Part shown: positions 30,052 through 39,340 of the stretch, piece by piece
Layout of the letters: each line of letters starts with the position of its first letter
How positions within the stretch are numbered: the first letter of the stretch is position 1
From: Longimicrobiales bacterium
Lineage (GTDB): Bacteria > Gemmatimonadota > Gemmatimonadetes > Longimicrobiales > Gaopeijiaceae
Length of the DNA: 64,000 nt
Direction of reading: 5' to 3'
NCBI GenBank assembly: GCA_965249725.1
Contig: CBDFMQ010000002.1
Coordinates: 512,001-576,000, forward strand
Notes under the pieces: model-generated
What the model saw: the letters and a program-made list of their open reading frames with translations, nothing else
What the model was told of the DNA's origin: nothing
Databases searched by the model: none
Program-made: the position numbers and the translations under genes

Positions 30052-30285
30052 CTACTCGCCCTCCAACCAGCGTCGGTCCGCCGCCGACAGACTGCCGCCG
30101 CGGCGCTTGTCGATGACCTTCAGCACCACCCAACCCACCAACAGGATCGGGGCCACCTTGAACAGCAGGAAGGCGGCCAGGCCGAATCCCAGGGACAATA
30201 CGGTGCCCAAGATCGACAGCGCGATGCCGGCCACGACCAGCGTTACGAGGCCGACGGCGAAGAAGGTCAGCAGTGTACCGATCAT
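30052..30285 (-). CDS. Small (77 aa) membrane protein, last gene of the ECF operon
   Basis: AGGAG SD, almost wholly hydrophobic with a basic C-terminal tail; followed by the terminator. Confidence 0.75.
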   Translation of the reverse strand: MIGTLLTFFAVGLVTLVVAGIALSILGTVLSLGFGLAAFLLFKVAPILLVGWVVLKVIDKRRGGSLSAADRRWLEGE

Positions 30286-30319
30286 CTCTCTATCTCCTGA
30301 TCAACGCGCGGGGGCGCGG

Positions 30320-31162
30320 TCAGCGCGCCCAGACGACACGGATGCTTCCGAATGCGGCGTCCACGTCCACGGTGACCTGGTACTCCGCCTCGTCATAGTC
30401 CAAGGAGTAATACGCATCTCCGCGCTTGACGAGCCCTTCGGAGTCCAAAGAGGTCAGGAACGTGTCCTTGACCAGCTTGACGCCCAGCCCCTTCGGGAAA
30501 CGCAGTGTGAGGGCACCTAGCCCCATGTCCACCGAGATTCTCGCGTCTCTCCGCCACTCCCCGGTGAAGTCGAGATCGATGTCGCCGACGCCCGCGTCCA
30601 CCTCGATGCGGGCGGCGTTCAGGTTGCCCAACTGACGAGCCGTGAACTCCGCTGCGCCCACCTCGAGGCTCGCTTCGTCCATGGTCTCGACGTTGGGCTC
30701 GGAGACGACCAGTCGCGTTTGCGAAGCACCGGTTTCGATGTCCAGCGCAGTGAGACGCAAGCCGCCGAGATCGATCTCGGCCTTCACGGCACCAAACTCC
30801 ATGGTCAGGTCCATCGCGACGTCCTGGGCGAGCGCCAACTCCATCGAACCAGCGGAATGGTCTCGGCCCATCCACCGGCGCCCGATGGTCTCGGTGCCGA
30901 TCCGTAGAGTGGATCCGCGGTGCTCGGCCACGGGCTCGAACACCTCTTCGTCGTACTTGAGCTGCATGCGGTACAGCGTTCCCGACTCGGCAGCGCCGAC
31001 CGTGAACTCACCCGCTCCGTAGCGCACCAACACGTCGACACTCTCCTCGTCCTCGACTTGCCGGGACATCGTCACGGTCCGCCAGTCCTGGCCGTCCGCG
31101 CGCGCCACCCCGGCTCCGATCAACAGAAGGGCCAACGCCAGTCTCGTCATACCTCTATGCAT
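30320..31162 (-). CDS. Exported toast-rack / LiaF-LiaG-like beta-solenoid protein
   Basis: Signal peptide and repeated xGAG/xGVG/xGLG beta-strand units; ends VDAAFGSIRV. Start is 31162 or 31150. Confidence 0.7.
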   Translation of the reverse strand: MHRGMTRLALALLLIGAGVARADGQDWRTVTMSRQVEDEESVDVLVRYGAGEFTVGAAESGTLYRMQLKYDEEVFEPVAEHRGSTLRIGTETIGRRWMGRDHSAGSMELALAQDVAMDLTMEFGAVKAEIDLGGLRLTALDIETGASQTRLVVSEPNVETMDEASLEVGAAEFTARQLGNLNAARIEVDAGVGDIDLDFTGEWRRDARISVDMGLGALTLRFPKGLGVKLVKDTFLTSLDSEGLVKRGDAYYSLDYDEAEYQVTVDVDAAFGSIRVVWAR

Positions 31163-32852
31163 CGTCCACATCCCCAGTATCCCCCGCCTCGTTGGTAGTC
31201 TCATCGGTTACATCGGCTGTAGCCTCGGCCATGTCCTCATCGTCCACCTTGGCCTTGGGCTCTTCCGCGTCGATCACTTCGTCGCTAAACCCGTTGTCCT
31301 GCCAGACCGGCTCCTCGCCGAACGGATCACCGCCGCCGTAGAACTCGGCCTCGCGACCTCCTCGTGTGAGCAGCACAGCGCCGAACCCGACCAGCAGCGC
31401 CGCGAATGCGATCATGGATCCCAACGTCGCAATCAAGCCGCTGAAGAAGCCGAAGAACGGCACGATGTCGAGCACGTTCGCGGCCACGGAGAAGGCGAGT
31501 ACCGTGCCCACGCCAGTGACCACCGCGTAGAAGGTGTTGGTGGGCTGAATCCACTCCAGTCCACTGATCTCCCGGGCGGCGACCCACTCACCGATGTTCT
31601 TGGCTGCCGCGAGGAAGCCGAGTCCGGCTCCCAGGGCTACCGCGATCGGGAACAGGAGCAGCCAGAAGGGCAGGGCAATGATGCCGACGACCGAGACCAC
31701 GAGGGCCACGGCTCCCAACAACCAGGTCGGAAGGACCAGGAACGCGCCGGCCATACCCACCATGCCTGCCCTCATCGGGCTCCGCTGTGCGGTATCTGCG
31801 ACCACATCGAGGTTGTCCTTCGCGAAGTAGACAACGCTGAGCGCGAGGAGCGAGAGGATCAAGAAGGAAAGTAGATCCCCCAGGACCTCCGCGACCCCGT
31901 GTCCGACGGCCCGGAAGGGGGAAAAGCCTCTTCCGGTGTCTCGGTACTCGTGTCGCAGTTCGCTACGGATCTCATCGCGGATGCGATCCTCGAGATTCTC
32001 CAGGTCATCCAAGTCGGCGAAGTCCCCGAGAGCCGCAGAGGCCTCGAAATCCGTGTCGTCCGCATCCACCCGGATCACACGCCCGCCGAGGTCCGACTCG
32101 TCGATTCCGGAGTAGCTCGAGTCCACCAAGCGGATGTCGCCCCGGACGTTGCCGCCGTCGCGCACCGTGATGGACCCGTCCACGACGACGACGTCGTTTT
32201 CGATAATGCCGCGTACCGTCAGATCACCGTCCACGATGACGATGGTTCCCTCAATGGTCTCGCCCTCGCCGACCACGACGTCCTCTCCGATGTAGATGGA
32301 GGAGGTGAGCACATCGATCGCTTCGAGGGCTTTCCCCAGTTCGCCCAGTATGTCCGTGCGGCTGAGGAGCGCTTTGAGGCTGAGCCCAAGGTCCGCCGAA
32401 ATATCGACCGAGATGTCGGCTGCCGGATCCACTGCTGCCTGCGCCCTCAGAGCCTCCTCGAGGGACCGATCGAGCAGTTGGGCCGTCGCCAAGCCATCCC
32501 CCGAAAGGGAGGCCGGCGGAGCCCATTCGCGTAGAGCCTCGCCCAGGGGCCCGTCCGAGAGGTTGACGATCTCTCCGAGGAGCTCACGCCAAGCGGTGTC
32601 CAGGGCGTCGCCCCGTTCGAAGGTTCCCACGATGCCGTCGTCCATTACCACGACGCCATCGCGCAACGAGACCTCGAACACTCCATCGTCGGCGAACTCG
32701 AGCACCAGACCCGCTTCACTCTGTGAAATGGCGAGCTGGTTGGACACGACCTCACGGGCCTGTCCGGTCAACGCGACCGGAACCAGCGCGAGGAAAAGGG
32801 CAGACATCGACGCCCGGCGGAAACTAGATCGATACTGTCGCATACTCACCAT
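31155..32852 (-). CDS. Membrane protein with polymer-forming (bactofilin-like) beta-helix and C-terminal multi-TM region
   Basis: Signal peptide, IGEDVVVGEGETIEGTIVIVDGDLTVRG...GNVRGDI repeats, about 5 TMs and an acidic tail. Confidence 0.7.
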   Translation of the reverse strand: MVSMRQYRSSFRRASMSALFLALVPVALTGQAREVVSNQLAISQSEAGLVLEFADDGVFEVSLRDGVVVMDDGIVGTFERGDALDTAWRELLGEIVNLSDGPLGEALREWAPPASLSGDGLATAQLLDRSLEEALRAQAAVDPAADISVDISADLGLSLKALLSRTDILGELGKALEAIDVLTSSIYIGEDVVVGEGETIEGTIVIVDGDLTVRGIIENDVVVVDGSITVRDGGNVRGDIRLVDSSYSGIDESDLGGRVIRVDADDTDFEASAALGDFADLDDLENLEDRIRDEIRSELRHEYRDTGRGFSPFRAVGHGVAEVLGDLLSFLILSLLALSVVYFAKDNLDVVADTAQRSPMRAGMVGMAGAFLVLPTWLLGAVALVVSVVGIIALPFWLLLFPIAVALGAGLGFLAAAKNIGEWVAAREISGLEWIQPTNTFYAVVTGVGTVLAFSVAANVLDIVPFFGFFSGLIATLGSMIAFAALLVGFGAVLLTRGGREAEFYGGGDPFGEEPVWQDNGFSDEVIDAEEPKAKVDDEDMAEATADVTDETTNEAGDTGDVDDA

Positions 32853-33819
32853 CCACCTTCTGGGTGGGGATCAGATTTCGGTATAGGACCCATCCGGACG
32901 CACCAGTCGCGGCTGCTAGAGACATCGCAGCCAGGGCTGACAGCAAAGGCGCGGCGGCCAAGGCTTCAAGGGCCGAATAGGCGTAGAACATGATTGCACT
33001 CTCGAACAGCATGTCGGCCGCCAGGCCGCCGACGGCCGAAGCCGCACCGTTGACCTGCCACCAGACGAAGGAGGCCAGGTGCCCCGGAGTCACCGCCGGG
33101 TTCGAGAAGACGGTATAGACCAGCAGCACCACCACGGTGGCCGGCGTGACGGCCACACCGGAGATCACCGCCCAGGCCTTCTGGGTGCGTGGGAGCAGGC
33201 GTGAAGCCCAGTGTCCAGCCAAGGCCAACACTCGTGTGCGGCTCGAAACGGCCGCGGGCTCCCGTACGAGGCGTCCGATGCGGACCTGCGCCATGACCCT
33301 CTGCGCAAATCCGGCCGAAGGTGCCAACTCGGGGACGGACTCGATCCGCTCGACCAGTTCCCGCCAGGCACCCGCCTCGGCCCGACACGCACCACATCCG
33401 TCGAGATGCGTCTCTACCCGGGCCATATGAGGCTGGGCGAGGACGCCGTCTATATAGTCTTGCAGGCGCTCGGGACTGAGGTGCTCGGCTACCTTGGCGG
33501 TCCGCCGTCGCAGCCAGCCCCAGGCACGGGCCTTCGGGACTTCCGGCGCAGCCGCCAAGTCCCCAACCGGGCCCCTGACCGGCGCCGCGGTTTCGAGTTC
33601 TGCCAGCACGCGGCCGGCGAATCCCTCGGACGGTGCGAGTTCGGGCAACTCACTGAGCTCCGAATAAAGAAGCTGCCAGGCGTCCAACTCAGACTGGCAG
33701 CTCGCGCAGAACGTAGCATGCTCCTCGACGTGGACCCTCTCCTCCTTTGGGAGAGCGCCGTCGAGAAACGCCTGAATCCGCTCAGCGGTCAGGTGCATGC
33801 TTGCGTTCTTCTTCGCCAC
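32824..33819 (-). CDS. Anti-sigma factor with two tandem zf-HC2 (ZAS) domains and TM segments
   Basis: HATFCASC and HLDGCGAC (HxxxCxxC) lie in two homologous repeats, each ending in ELAPSxGFA; C-terminal TMs. Confidence 0.88.
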   Translation of the reverse strand: MAKKNASMHLTAERIQAFLDGALPKEERVHVEEHATFCASCQSELDAWQLLYSELSELPELAPSEGFAGRVLAELETAAPVRGPVGDLAAAPEVPKARAWGWLRRRTAKVAEHLSPERLQDYIDGVLAQPHMARVETHLDGCGACRAEAGAWRELVERIESVPELAPSAGFAQRVMAQVRIGRLVREPAAVSSRTRVLALAGHWASRLLPRTQKAWAVISGVAVTPATVVVLLVYTVFSNPAVTPGHLASFVWWQVNGAASAVGGLAADMLFESAIMFYAYSALEALAAAPLLSALAAMSLAAATGASGWVLYRNLIPTQKVDGEYATVSI

Positions 33820-33852
33820 GTCATCGACTCCTGTCGTTTTTCCACTCGACCC

Positions 33853-33879
33853 TACGGGGGGGTCCTCTCGAAAGTTTCA
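33853..33879 (-). promoter_or_regulatory. ECF (SigW-like) promoter for the anti-sigma operon
   Basis: TGAAAC-N17-CGTA between the sigma stop codon and the anti-sigma SD. Confidence 0.7.
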
Positions 33880-33890
33880 TGAAAAACGCC

Positions 33891-34529
33891 TCATGACGCG
33901 AGGTGGGCCAAAAGGGTCTTCAGCTCACCACGGGCGCGGTGTAAGTAGGTCTTCAGCGTGCCCAGCGGGAGGTCCATGATTTCCGCGATTTCCTCGTACG
34001 CATAACCCTCTACGTGCCGGAGCAGGATCGCGGTTCGATATTCCGGCCGAAGCTCCCCGATGGCTTGCTCGATCTGGTGGCCGAGCTCGCGATGTTCGAC
34101 GTACTCGTGCGGGTCTTCGTCGGTCGACTCCACTACGAGGCTGGTCTGCTCCTCCTCCCGCGCGGTGCGGGCGTGCGGAGACCCGTGGATGGAGACGGTG
34201 TCCAGCTTGCGTTTCCTGAGATGATCGATCGTGTGGTTGTTGGCGATCTTGAAGATCCAGCTGCTGAACTTGTATCGCGGGTCGTACGAAGAGATGGCAT
34301 TGAACGCCCGGATGAACGCCTCCTGAGCCAGGTCCTCGGCCAAGGATCGGTCACGCACCATCCGGAAGATCAGCGCGAAGACCGGCCGCTCGTATCGCTT
34401 GAGCAGCTCGCCATAGGCGTCCTCACGCCCCTCGGCCGCGAGGGCCGCCAGATCCTTGTCGGTCGGGGGATCGGTTTGGGCGTCGGTTTGGGCGTCTGTT
34501 TGGACGTCGGTGTCGGCCGGTAGATCCAA
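33891..34529 (-). CDS. ECF RNA polymerase sigma factor (SigW/RpoE-like)
   Basis: AEDLAQEAFIRA, FSSWIFKIANN and region 4 YEEIAEIMDLPLGTLKTYLHRAR. Start uncertain. Confidence 0.93.
   Translation of the reverse strand: MDLPADTDVQTDAQTDAQTDPPTDKDLAALAAEGREDAYGELLKRYERPVFALIFRMVRDRSLAEDLAQEAFIRAFNAISSYDPRYKFSSWIFKIANNHTIDHLRKRKLDTVSIHGSPHARTAREEEQTSLVVESTDEDPHEYVEHRELGHQIEQAIGELRPEYRTAILLRHVEGYAYEEIAEIMDLPLGTLKTYLHRARGELKTLLAHLAS
34471..34506. repeat. 12-bp tandem repeat x3 in the sigma N-terminus
   Basis: TCGGTTTGGGCG x2 plus TCTGTTTGGACG; encodes TDVQTDAQTDAQTD. Confidence 0.8.
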
Positions 34530-34703
34530 GGAGTGAGGCTCCGCATGGAGTGGGTCCGGCGGGACGGCAGCTCGCCGTGGAGTCCGCAGCCATGTTACGG
34601 TTGGGAAACTTCAGATCTTTCCCGGGTACGCGGCTGACCACTCACCCCGACCGGTCTCTTCTGTTCAGCTGAATCAAGAAAACCTAATCAAAACGCCGAG
34701 TAC

Positions 34704-35432
34704 ATGGCGACAATCCCCGAAGCCAAGCCGTCTCGCGGGACGGATCGAGAAACCCAGGTACGGACGCTCTTTTCGGAGATCGCACCGCGCTACGATCTGT
34801 TGAACCATGTGCTCAGCCTCAACATCGATCGACGGTGGAGGAGGAAGGCTGTCGGGCTCCTGGGATGGAGGCGCAGGCCTGAGGGTCGCTTCCTCGATGC
34901 CTGTGCGGGGACCTTCGATCTGAGCCTCGAGTTGGCTCGTCAGTCGGGTTTCGGAGGCGCGGTCATAGCGACGGATTTCGCGCTGCCCATGCTGGTCGAG
35001 GGTCGTGACAAGCTCAGCGACTCGGTGACGCCGGTGTGCGGTGATTCCCTCCGGCTCCCGTTTCCGGACGACTCTTTCGATGGCGCTACGGTGGGGTTCG
35101 GCGTGCGCAATCTGTCGGACTTGCGGGCCGGGTTCAGGGACCTGGCCCGCGTTCTGCGTCCCGGGGCCCGCCTGGTCATCCTCGACTTCACCGACCCACC
35201 GAACCCGCTACTGCGTCGTCTCTACCACTTCTACTTCCACAGGGTGCTCCCGCTGGTGGGACGGGTGGTTTCGGGGCACCCCTGGGCCTACACCTACCTC
35301 CCCGAGTCCGTGAAGGAGTTCCCGGGACCGGAGGCCTTAGCGGAACTGCTCCGTGAGTCCGGTTTCAGGGACGTGGAGTGGACCTTCGTGACCGGCGGGA
35401 TCGCGGCGATTCACGTAGGCGTTAGCGCCTGA
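34704..35432 (+). CDS. ubiE: UbiE/MenG quinone C-methyltransferase
   Basis: FSEIAPRYDLLNHVLS, LPFPDDSFD, FGVRN and AYTYLPES motifs. Confidence 0.92.
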   Translation: MATIPEAKPSRGTDRETQVRTLFSEIAPRYDLLNHVLSLNIDRRWRRKAVGLLGWRRRPEGRFLDACAGTFDLSLELARQSGFGGAVIATDFALPMLVEGRDKLSDSVTPVCGDSLRLPFPDDSFDGATVGFGVRNLSDLRAGFRDLARVLRPGARLVILDFTDPPNPLLRRLYHFYFHRVLPLVGRVVSGHPWAYTYLPESVKEFPGPEALAELLRESGFRDVEWTFVTGGIAAIHVGVSA

Positions 35433-35457
35433 TAGGCGGCCGGAGGGCGGACTTCGG

Positions 35458-36969
35458 TCAGCGCGTGTCCGAACCACCGGGGAACGTCCCGTCCGCCTCC
35501 AACGTGCGTACGGTACCCAGCTCTTCGAGCCCCGAGTCGAACGCTTCCGGGTCACCCACGACCAAGATGACCATGTCGTCGATGGCCTCGGGCGACAGGT
35601 GCGTTTTGAACACGGTCTCTACGCCTAACGCTGTCACCCTCTGGATCCCGTCGACATAGAGCGAGAGCCAGTCCAGAGGCAGGTCTTGTGTGAGGTAGAG
35701 CATCTGGCGCGACACGATCTGACCCGGACGCTCAAAGCTGAACACGAACCCGTTCACGATGCGATCGATGGCGTCGGAGACTTCCGTCTCACGGGGAGGA
35801 TTGTTGGACATGTCGCCCAGCACGTCGAGGATGGAGCGGATGGCCGCGACCGTCGACTCGCTCTTGGTCTGGGTGATGGCACCCACGATCCCGTTCGAGC
35901 GCCTGGGGGCGGTCCAGACCGAGGCCGCGGAATACGCTAGGCCCTGCTCGGTGCGCACCCGTGTCACCAGCCGGCTGCCGAGACCCGCTCCGCCGAGGAT
36001 CGTGTTGCCGATTCTCGAAGAGAAATAGTCCGCTTCGTCCCCGAGTCGAACGGCGCTTGGCCGTCCGATCACGATCGTGCTCTGATCCAGAGGACGCGGG
36101 ACGAGGTAGACCCCGGGGGCGACCCGCTCGTCGGCGGCAGGAGGCTCCTGCAGGGGAGCAGGGCAGGGCCGCCATCCCGCGAGCAGTGCCTCGAGACGTG
36201 GGCGCGCGTCCTCCCAGGTGATGTCGCCGGCGACACCCAACGTGAGGTTCCCGACGCAGTACACCATGCCATGGACGGACCGGAGCACCTCTTCGGAGAG
36301 GTCCTCGGGCTCCAGATCTTCCGGACCCAGCTCCCATCCGATGGGGTGATCTCCGAAAAGCAAGCGGTTGAACTTCGTGATCGCGAGTCGACCGGGTGTA
36401 TCATCCTTACGGCGAAGGTCTTCGAGCTCTTGGCCCCTCCAGATTTCCACTCGGTCGGGGTCGAACCTCGGCTTCTTCAAGAGATCTCCCCAAGTGCCCA
36501 GGACGTCGTCGAGGTGACGAGTCAGGACATTCAGGGTGCTGAATGCCGTGTTGCCTCCGCCTCCAAAGGACGTCTGGGTCGCATAGAACTCGAGGATCTT
36601 GTCCACGGAATCGGGTGAAAGATCGGCGGTGCCCCCGGACCGGAGGAGGATCGGCACGGCCGTGGTCGCCCCGAGCCGATCGCGGGCGAAGTGGCGCGGC
36701 CCACCCTTGAAACGCGCGTATACAGACACGAGCGGCAACGTGTGGTCCTCGAGCACGAACACGTCGACGCCGGGCTCCAACCGGTAGCGATCCGGCGCCG
36801 GCGGCTTGAACTCCAGTTCCGGGAATACCAGCGCCTCCAACGCCGGCCGTTCCGGGTCGAGAGTTCTCAGCTCCGGTCCTGGACCGACTGCGCAGGCGAG
36901 GGTCCAACCGGCGACCGCGAGTCCCGACACGACCCACGCACCGCGGCCCCACGCACCGCGCCGGCTCAC
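35458..36969 (-). CDS. M16B peptidase, non-catalytic subunit (probable lipoprotein)
   Basis: EDHTLPLV and SRLVTRVRTEQGLAY (R/Y motif); lacks HxxEH; lipobox-like TLAC. Confidence 0.88.
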   Translation of the reverse strand: MSRRGAWGRGAWVVSGLAVAGWTLACAVGPGPELRTLDPERPALEALVFPELEFKPPAPDRYRLEPGVDVFVLEDHTLPLVSVYARFKGGPRHFARDRLGATTAVPILLRSGGTADLSPDSVDKILEFYATQTSFGGGGNTAFSTLNVLTRHLDDVLGTWGDLLKKPRFDPDRVEIWRGQELEDLRRKDDTPGRLAITKFNRLLFGDHPIGWELGPEDLEPEDLSEEVLRSVHGMVYCVGNLTLGVAGDITWEDARPRLEALLAGWRPCPAPLQEPPAADERVAPGVYLVPRPLDQSTIVIGRPSAVRLGDEADYFSSRIGNTILGGAGLGSRLVTRVRTEQGLAYSAASVWTAPRRSNGIVGAITQTKSESTVAAIRSILDVLGDMSNNPPRETEVSDAIDRIVNGFVFSFERPGQIVSRQMLYLTQDLPLDWLSLYVDGIQRVTALGVETVFKTHLSPEAIDDMVILVVGDPEAFDSGLEELGTVRTLEADGTFPGGSDTR

Positions 36970-38483
36970 CTCGTTCTCCCCGAATCCGGCCGCGACAGGA
37001 AGGCCACGGTGCGGTTGTCGGACGAAAAATAGCGCTCTAAGACACGGCTGACGTCTTCGGGCCGAACGGCCGAAAGCCGCTCTCCTAATCGGAAGCCTGT
37101 CCGCCAGTCTCCGTAGATCGATTCGGATCCGGCAAGCTGGAACGCCAGTCCCAGGTGCGAAGTAAGCGTGCGGACTTGACCCGCCTCGAGCTGGTTTCGA
37201 ATCCGGCGGAGCGCTGCGTCCGAAGGTGGTGTCTGCCGTAGTGAGCGTAACTCGTCATAGACGGCCACCTCGATCTCGGCGGTCGAATGTGGGAAGAGGG
37301 CGGTCGCTTCCACGGTGAACAGCCGGGGGAATCGGACTCCGGGTCCGATGGTCGAGCTGATCACCGTGGCCAGCCGGTCCACCACCACCAACCGTTGGTG
37401 AAGGCGGGACGTCCCACCACCAGTGAGCAATGCCGAGAGCATGGCAAGAGCCGCCGCATCATCGTGCAGCTGCTCCGGTACATGCCATCCGATGCGTATT
37501 CGAGGCTCGGCATCGAAGCTGACCTCGATCCTGCGTTCCGTATCCTGCACGGGCTCGCGCGCCGTGACGGGCGGAGGCGGATCTCCGACGGGCAGATCCC
37601 CGAAGTACCGTTCGGTCAACTCGATCATCAGCCCCACATCCACATCACCGACGATGGCGATGACGGCGTTGTTCGGGCCGTAATAGTGCTCGTGATACTC
37701 TCGGACACGCCGTCGGTCGAGCCGCAGGATATCCGGCATCGAGCCGACCACGGGCCGTCCGTAGGGGTGCACCGTGTAGGCTTCGGCCAGGTGTGCCTCG
37801 TACAGCAAGCCGCTCGGCTGTGTGTCCACCCGTAGCCGCCGCTCTTCGGCCACCACGTTCCGTTCGGTGTAGAATTCGCGGAAGACCGGGTTCTTCATGC
37901 GTGCCGACTCGAGCAAGAACCACAGCTCGACCCGGTTCGCCGGCAGCTCGACGTAGTAGGTCGTCGACTCGTTGTCCGTGGTCGCATTCAGCCCTCGGGC
38001 GCCATTTCGCGCGAGGATCCGATCGATCTCGTTCGAGACCACATAGGCCGCCGCTTCGTCTTCTAGGAGGTCGATCTCGTCGCGGAGCTGCCCCATCGTG
38101 TCCTCCGGTGCCCCCGCCCCCTCCAGGGTCCGCAGCGAGTCTTGGATGGCATCCATCCGCGCGAACAGCGGCCGCTCCGCGTCGACGTCGTGGGTGCCGA
38201 ACGTCTCAGTGCCCTTGAAGAGAAGGTGCTCGAGGAGGTGTGCGATACCGGTTTCGCCGGGGGCTTCGTTCACCCCACCCAGACCGTATTGCACCACGAG
38301 TGAGGCGGTGGGGGCCCGGTATCGTGGCAGGACAAGCAGCCTGAGTCCGTTTGCCAGCTCGTGCTCGACGACCGGAAGATCGACCCCGGTAGCCAGCTGG
38401 GCGTCGGCATCGAGATGGCCGATCGCGACTGCCACGAGAACAGCGGCGAGGGCGGCGGACCCTCTGGTCGACACGACCCTCAT
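36966..38483 (-). CDS. M16B peptidase, catalytic subunit
   Basis: GIAHLLEHLLFKGT (HxxEH), NATT, ERNVVAEERR and HPYG; signal peptide. Confidence 0.92.
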   Translation of the reverse strand: MRVVSTRGSAALAAVLVAVAIGHLDADAQLATGVDLPVVEHELANGLRLLVLPRYRAPTASLVVQYGLGGVNEAPGETGIAHLLEHLLFKGTETFGTHDVDAERPLFARMDAIQDSLRTLEGAGAPEDTMGQLRDEIDLLEDEAAAYVVSNEIDRILARNGARGLNATTDNESTTYYVELPANRVELWFLLESARMKNPVFREFYTERNVVAEERRLRVDTQPSGLLYEAHLAEAYTVHPYGRPVVGSMPDILRLDRRRVREYHEHYYGPNNAVIAIVGDVDVGLMIELTERYFGDLPVGDPPPPVTAREPVQDTERRIEVSFDAEPRIRIGWHVPEQLHDDAAALAMLSALLTGGGTSRLHQRLVVVDRLATVISSTIGPGVRFPRLFTVEATALFPHSTAEIEVAVYDELRSLRQTPPSDAALRRIRNQLEAGQVRTLTSHLGLAFQLAGSESIYGDWRTGFRLGERLSAVRPEDVSRVLERYFSSDNRTVAFLSRPDSGRTR

Positions 38484-39307
38484 CAGCTGCGCGTCTCCGG
38501 CTGGCAACGCGGGCAGTGGAAGGCGGAGCGATTACCGAAGACCAATCGACGAATCTCTGTTGAACAGCTGAGGCACGGCTCGCCCGCCCGTCCATACGCG
38601 CGCAGTGTCACCGCGTTGGCTCCGGGCGCACCCGAGGCGTCTCTGTAATCTCTCAGGGTCGTACCCCGATTCCGGATGGCTTGGCGAAGCACTCTACGGA
38701 TTGCCGCATGGAGGGCTTGGGCCTCCTCTTCCGTTACAGACTCGGCGGGCCGGCGCGGATGCACACCGGCCAGAAACAAGGCCTCATTTGCGTAGATGTT
38801 GCCTACACCCGCCACTCTGCGCTGGTCCAACAACCAAGAGCGGACGGGTGAGGACGACCGCGAGAGATCGGTGTGGAGTCGATCAGCCGTATAGCCGGCG
38901 GACAGAGGCTCGGGCCCCAGTGCGTCGGAACGCTGCGCCCAGCCGTCGACGGACAGCGCCTCCAACGCCCCGAATCGGCGCACGTCGTCGAAGACCAAGG
39001 CGGGTCCTTGATCCAAGGCGAAGCGGACTGCCGGATGGGTCGACCGAGCGTCGGGGCCCGCCAGGAGAAGGCGACCCGTCATGCCGAGGTTCACGATGAG
39101 CACACGATCGCCCGCGACGCCTAAGACGATGTTCTTGCCTCGGCGTGCGACGGACTCGACCGACCGACCTCTCAGCGTCGCGGAGAAGCTCCGTGGGGGT
39201 TGGCGCAGGACATCGGGTCGCAGGACTCGGACGCGCTGAATCGAGCGACCGACCAACGTCGGCCGGAGTCCACGGACGATGGTCTCGACCTCGGGAAGCT
39301 CCGGCAT
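38483..39307 (-). CDS. mutM: Formamidopyrimidine-DNA glycosylase
   Basis: MPELPEVET, GVGNIYANE and C-terminal zinc finger CLSC...CPRCQ. Confidence 0.97.
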   Translation of the reverse strand: MPELPEVETIVRGLRPTLVGRSIQRVRVLRPDVLRQPPRSFSATLRGRSVESVARRGKNIVLGVAGDRVLIVNLGMTGRLLLAGPDARSTHPAVRFALDQGPALVFDDVRRFGALEALSVDGWAQRSDALGPEPLSAGYTADRLHTDLSRSSSPVRSWLLDQRRVAGVGNIYANEALFLAGVHPRRPAESVTEEEAQALHAAIRRVLRQAIRNRGTTLRDYRDASGAPGANAVTLRAYGRAGEPCLSCSTEIRRLVFGNRSAFHCPRCQPETRS

Positions 39308-39340
39308 CGTAGATGTCCTTTTAGGGCGGGGAGCCGGAAA

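Noticed and set aside
34603..34630. Third ECF promoter (GGAAAC...GTA) towards ubiE
   Set aside because: Both boxes deviate from the two exact TGAAAC-N17-CGTA copies.
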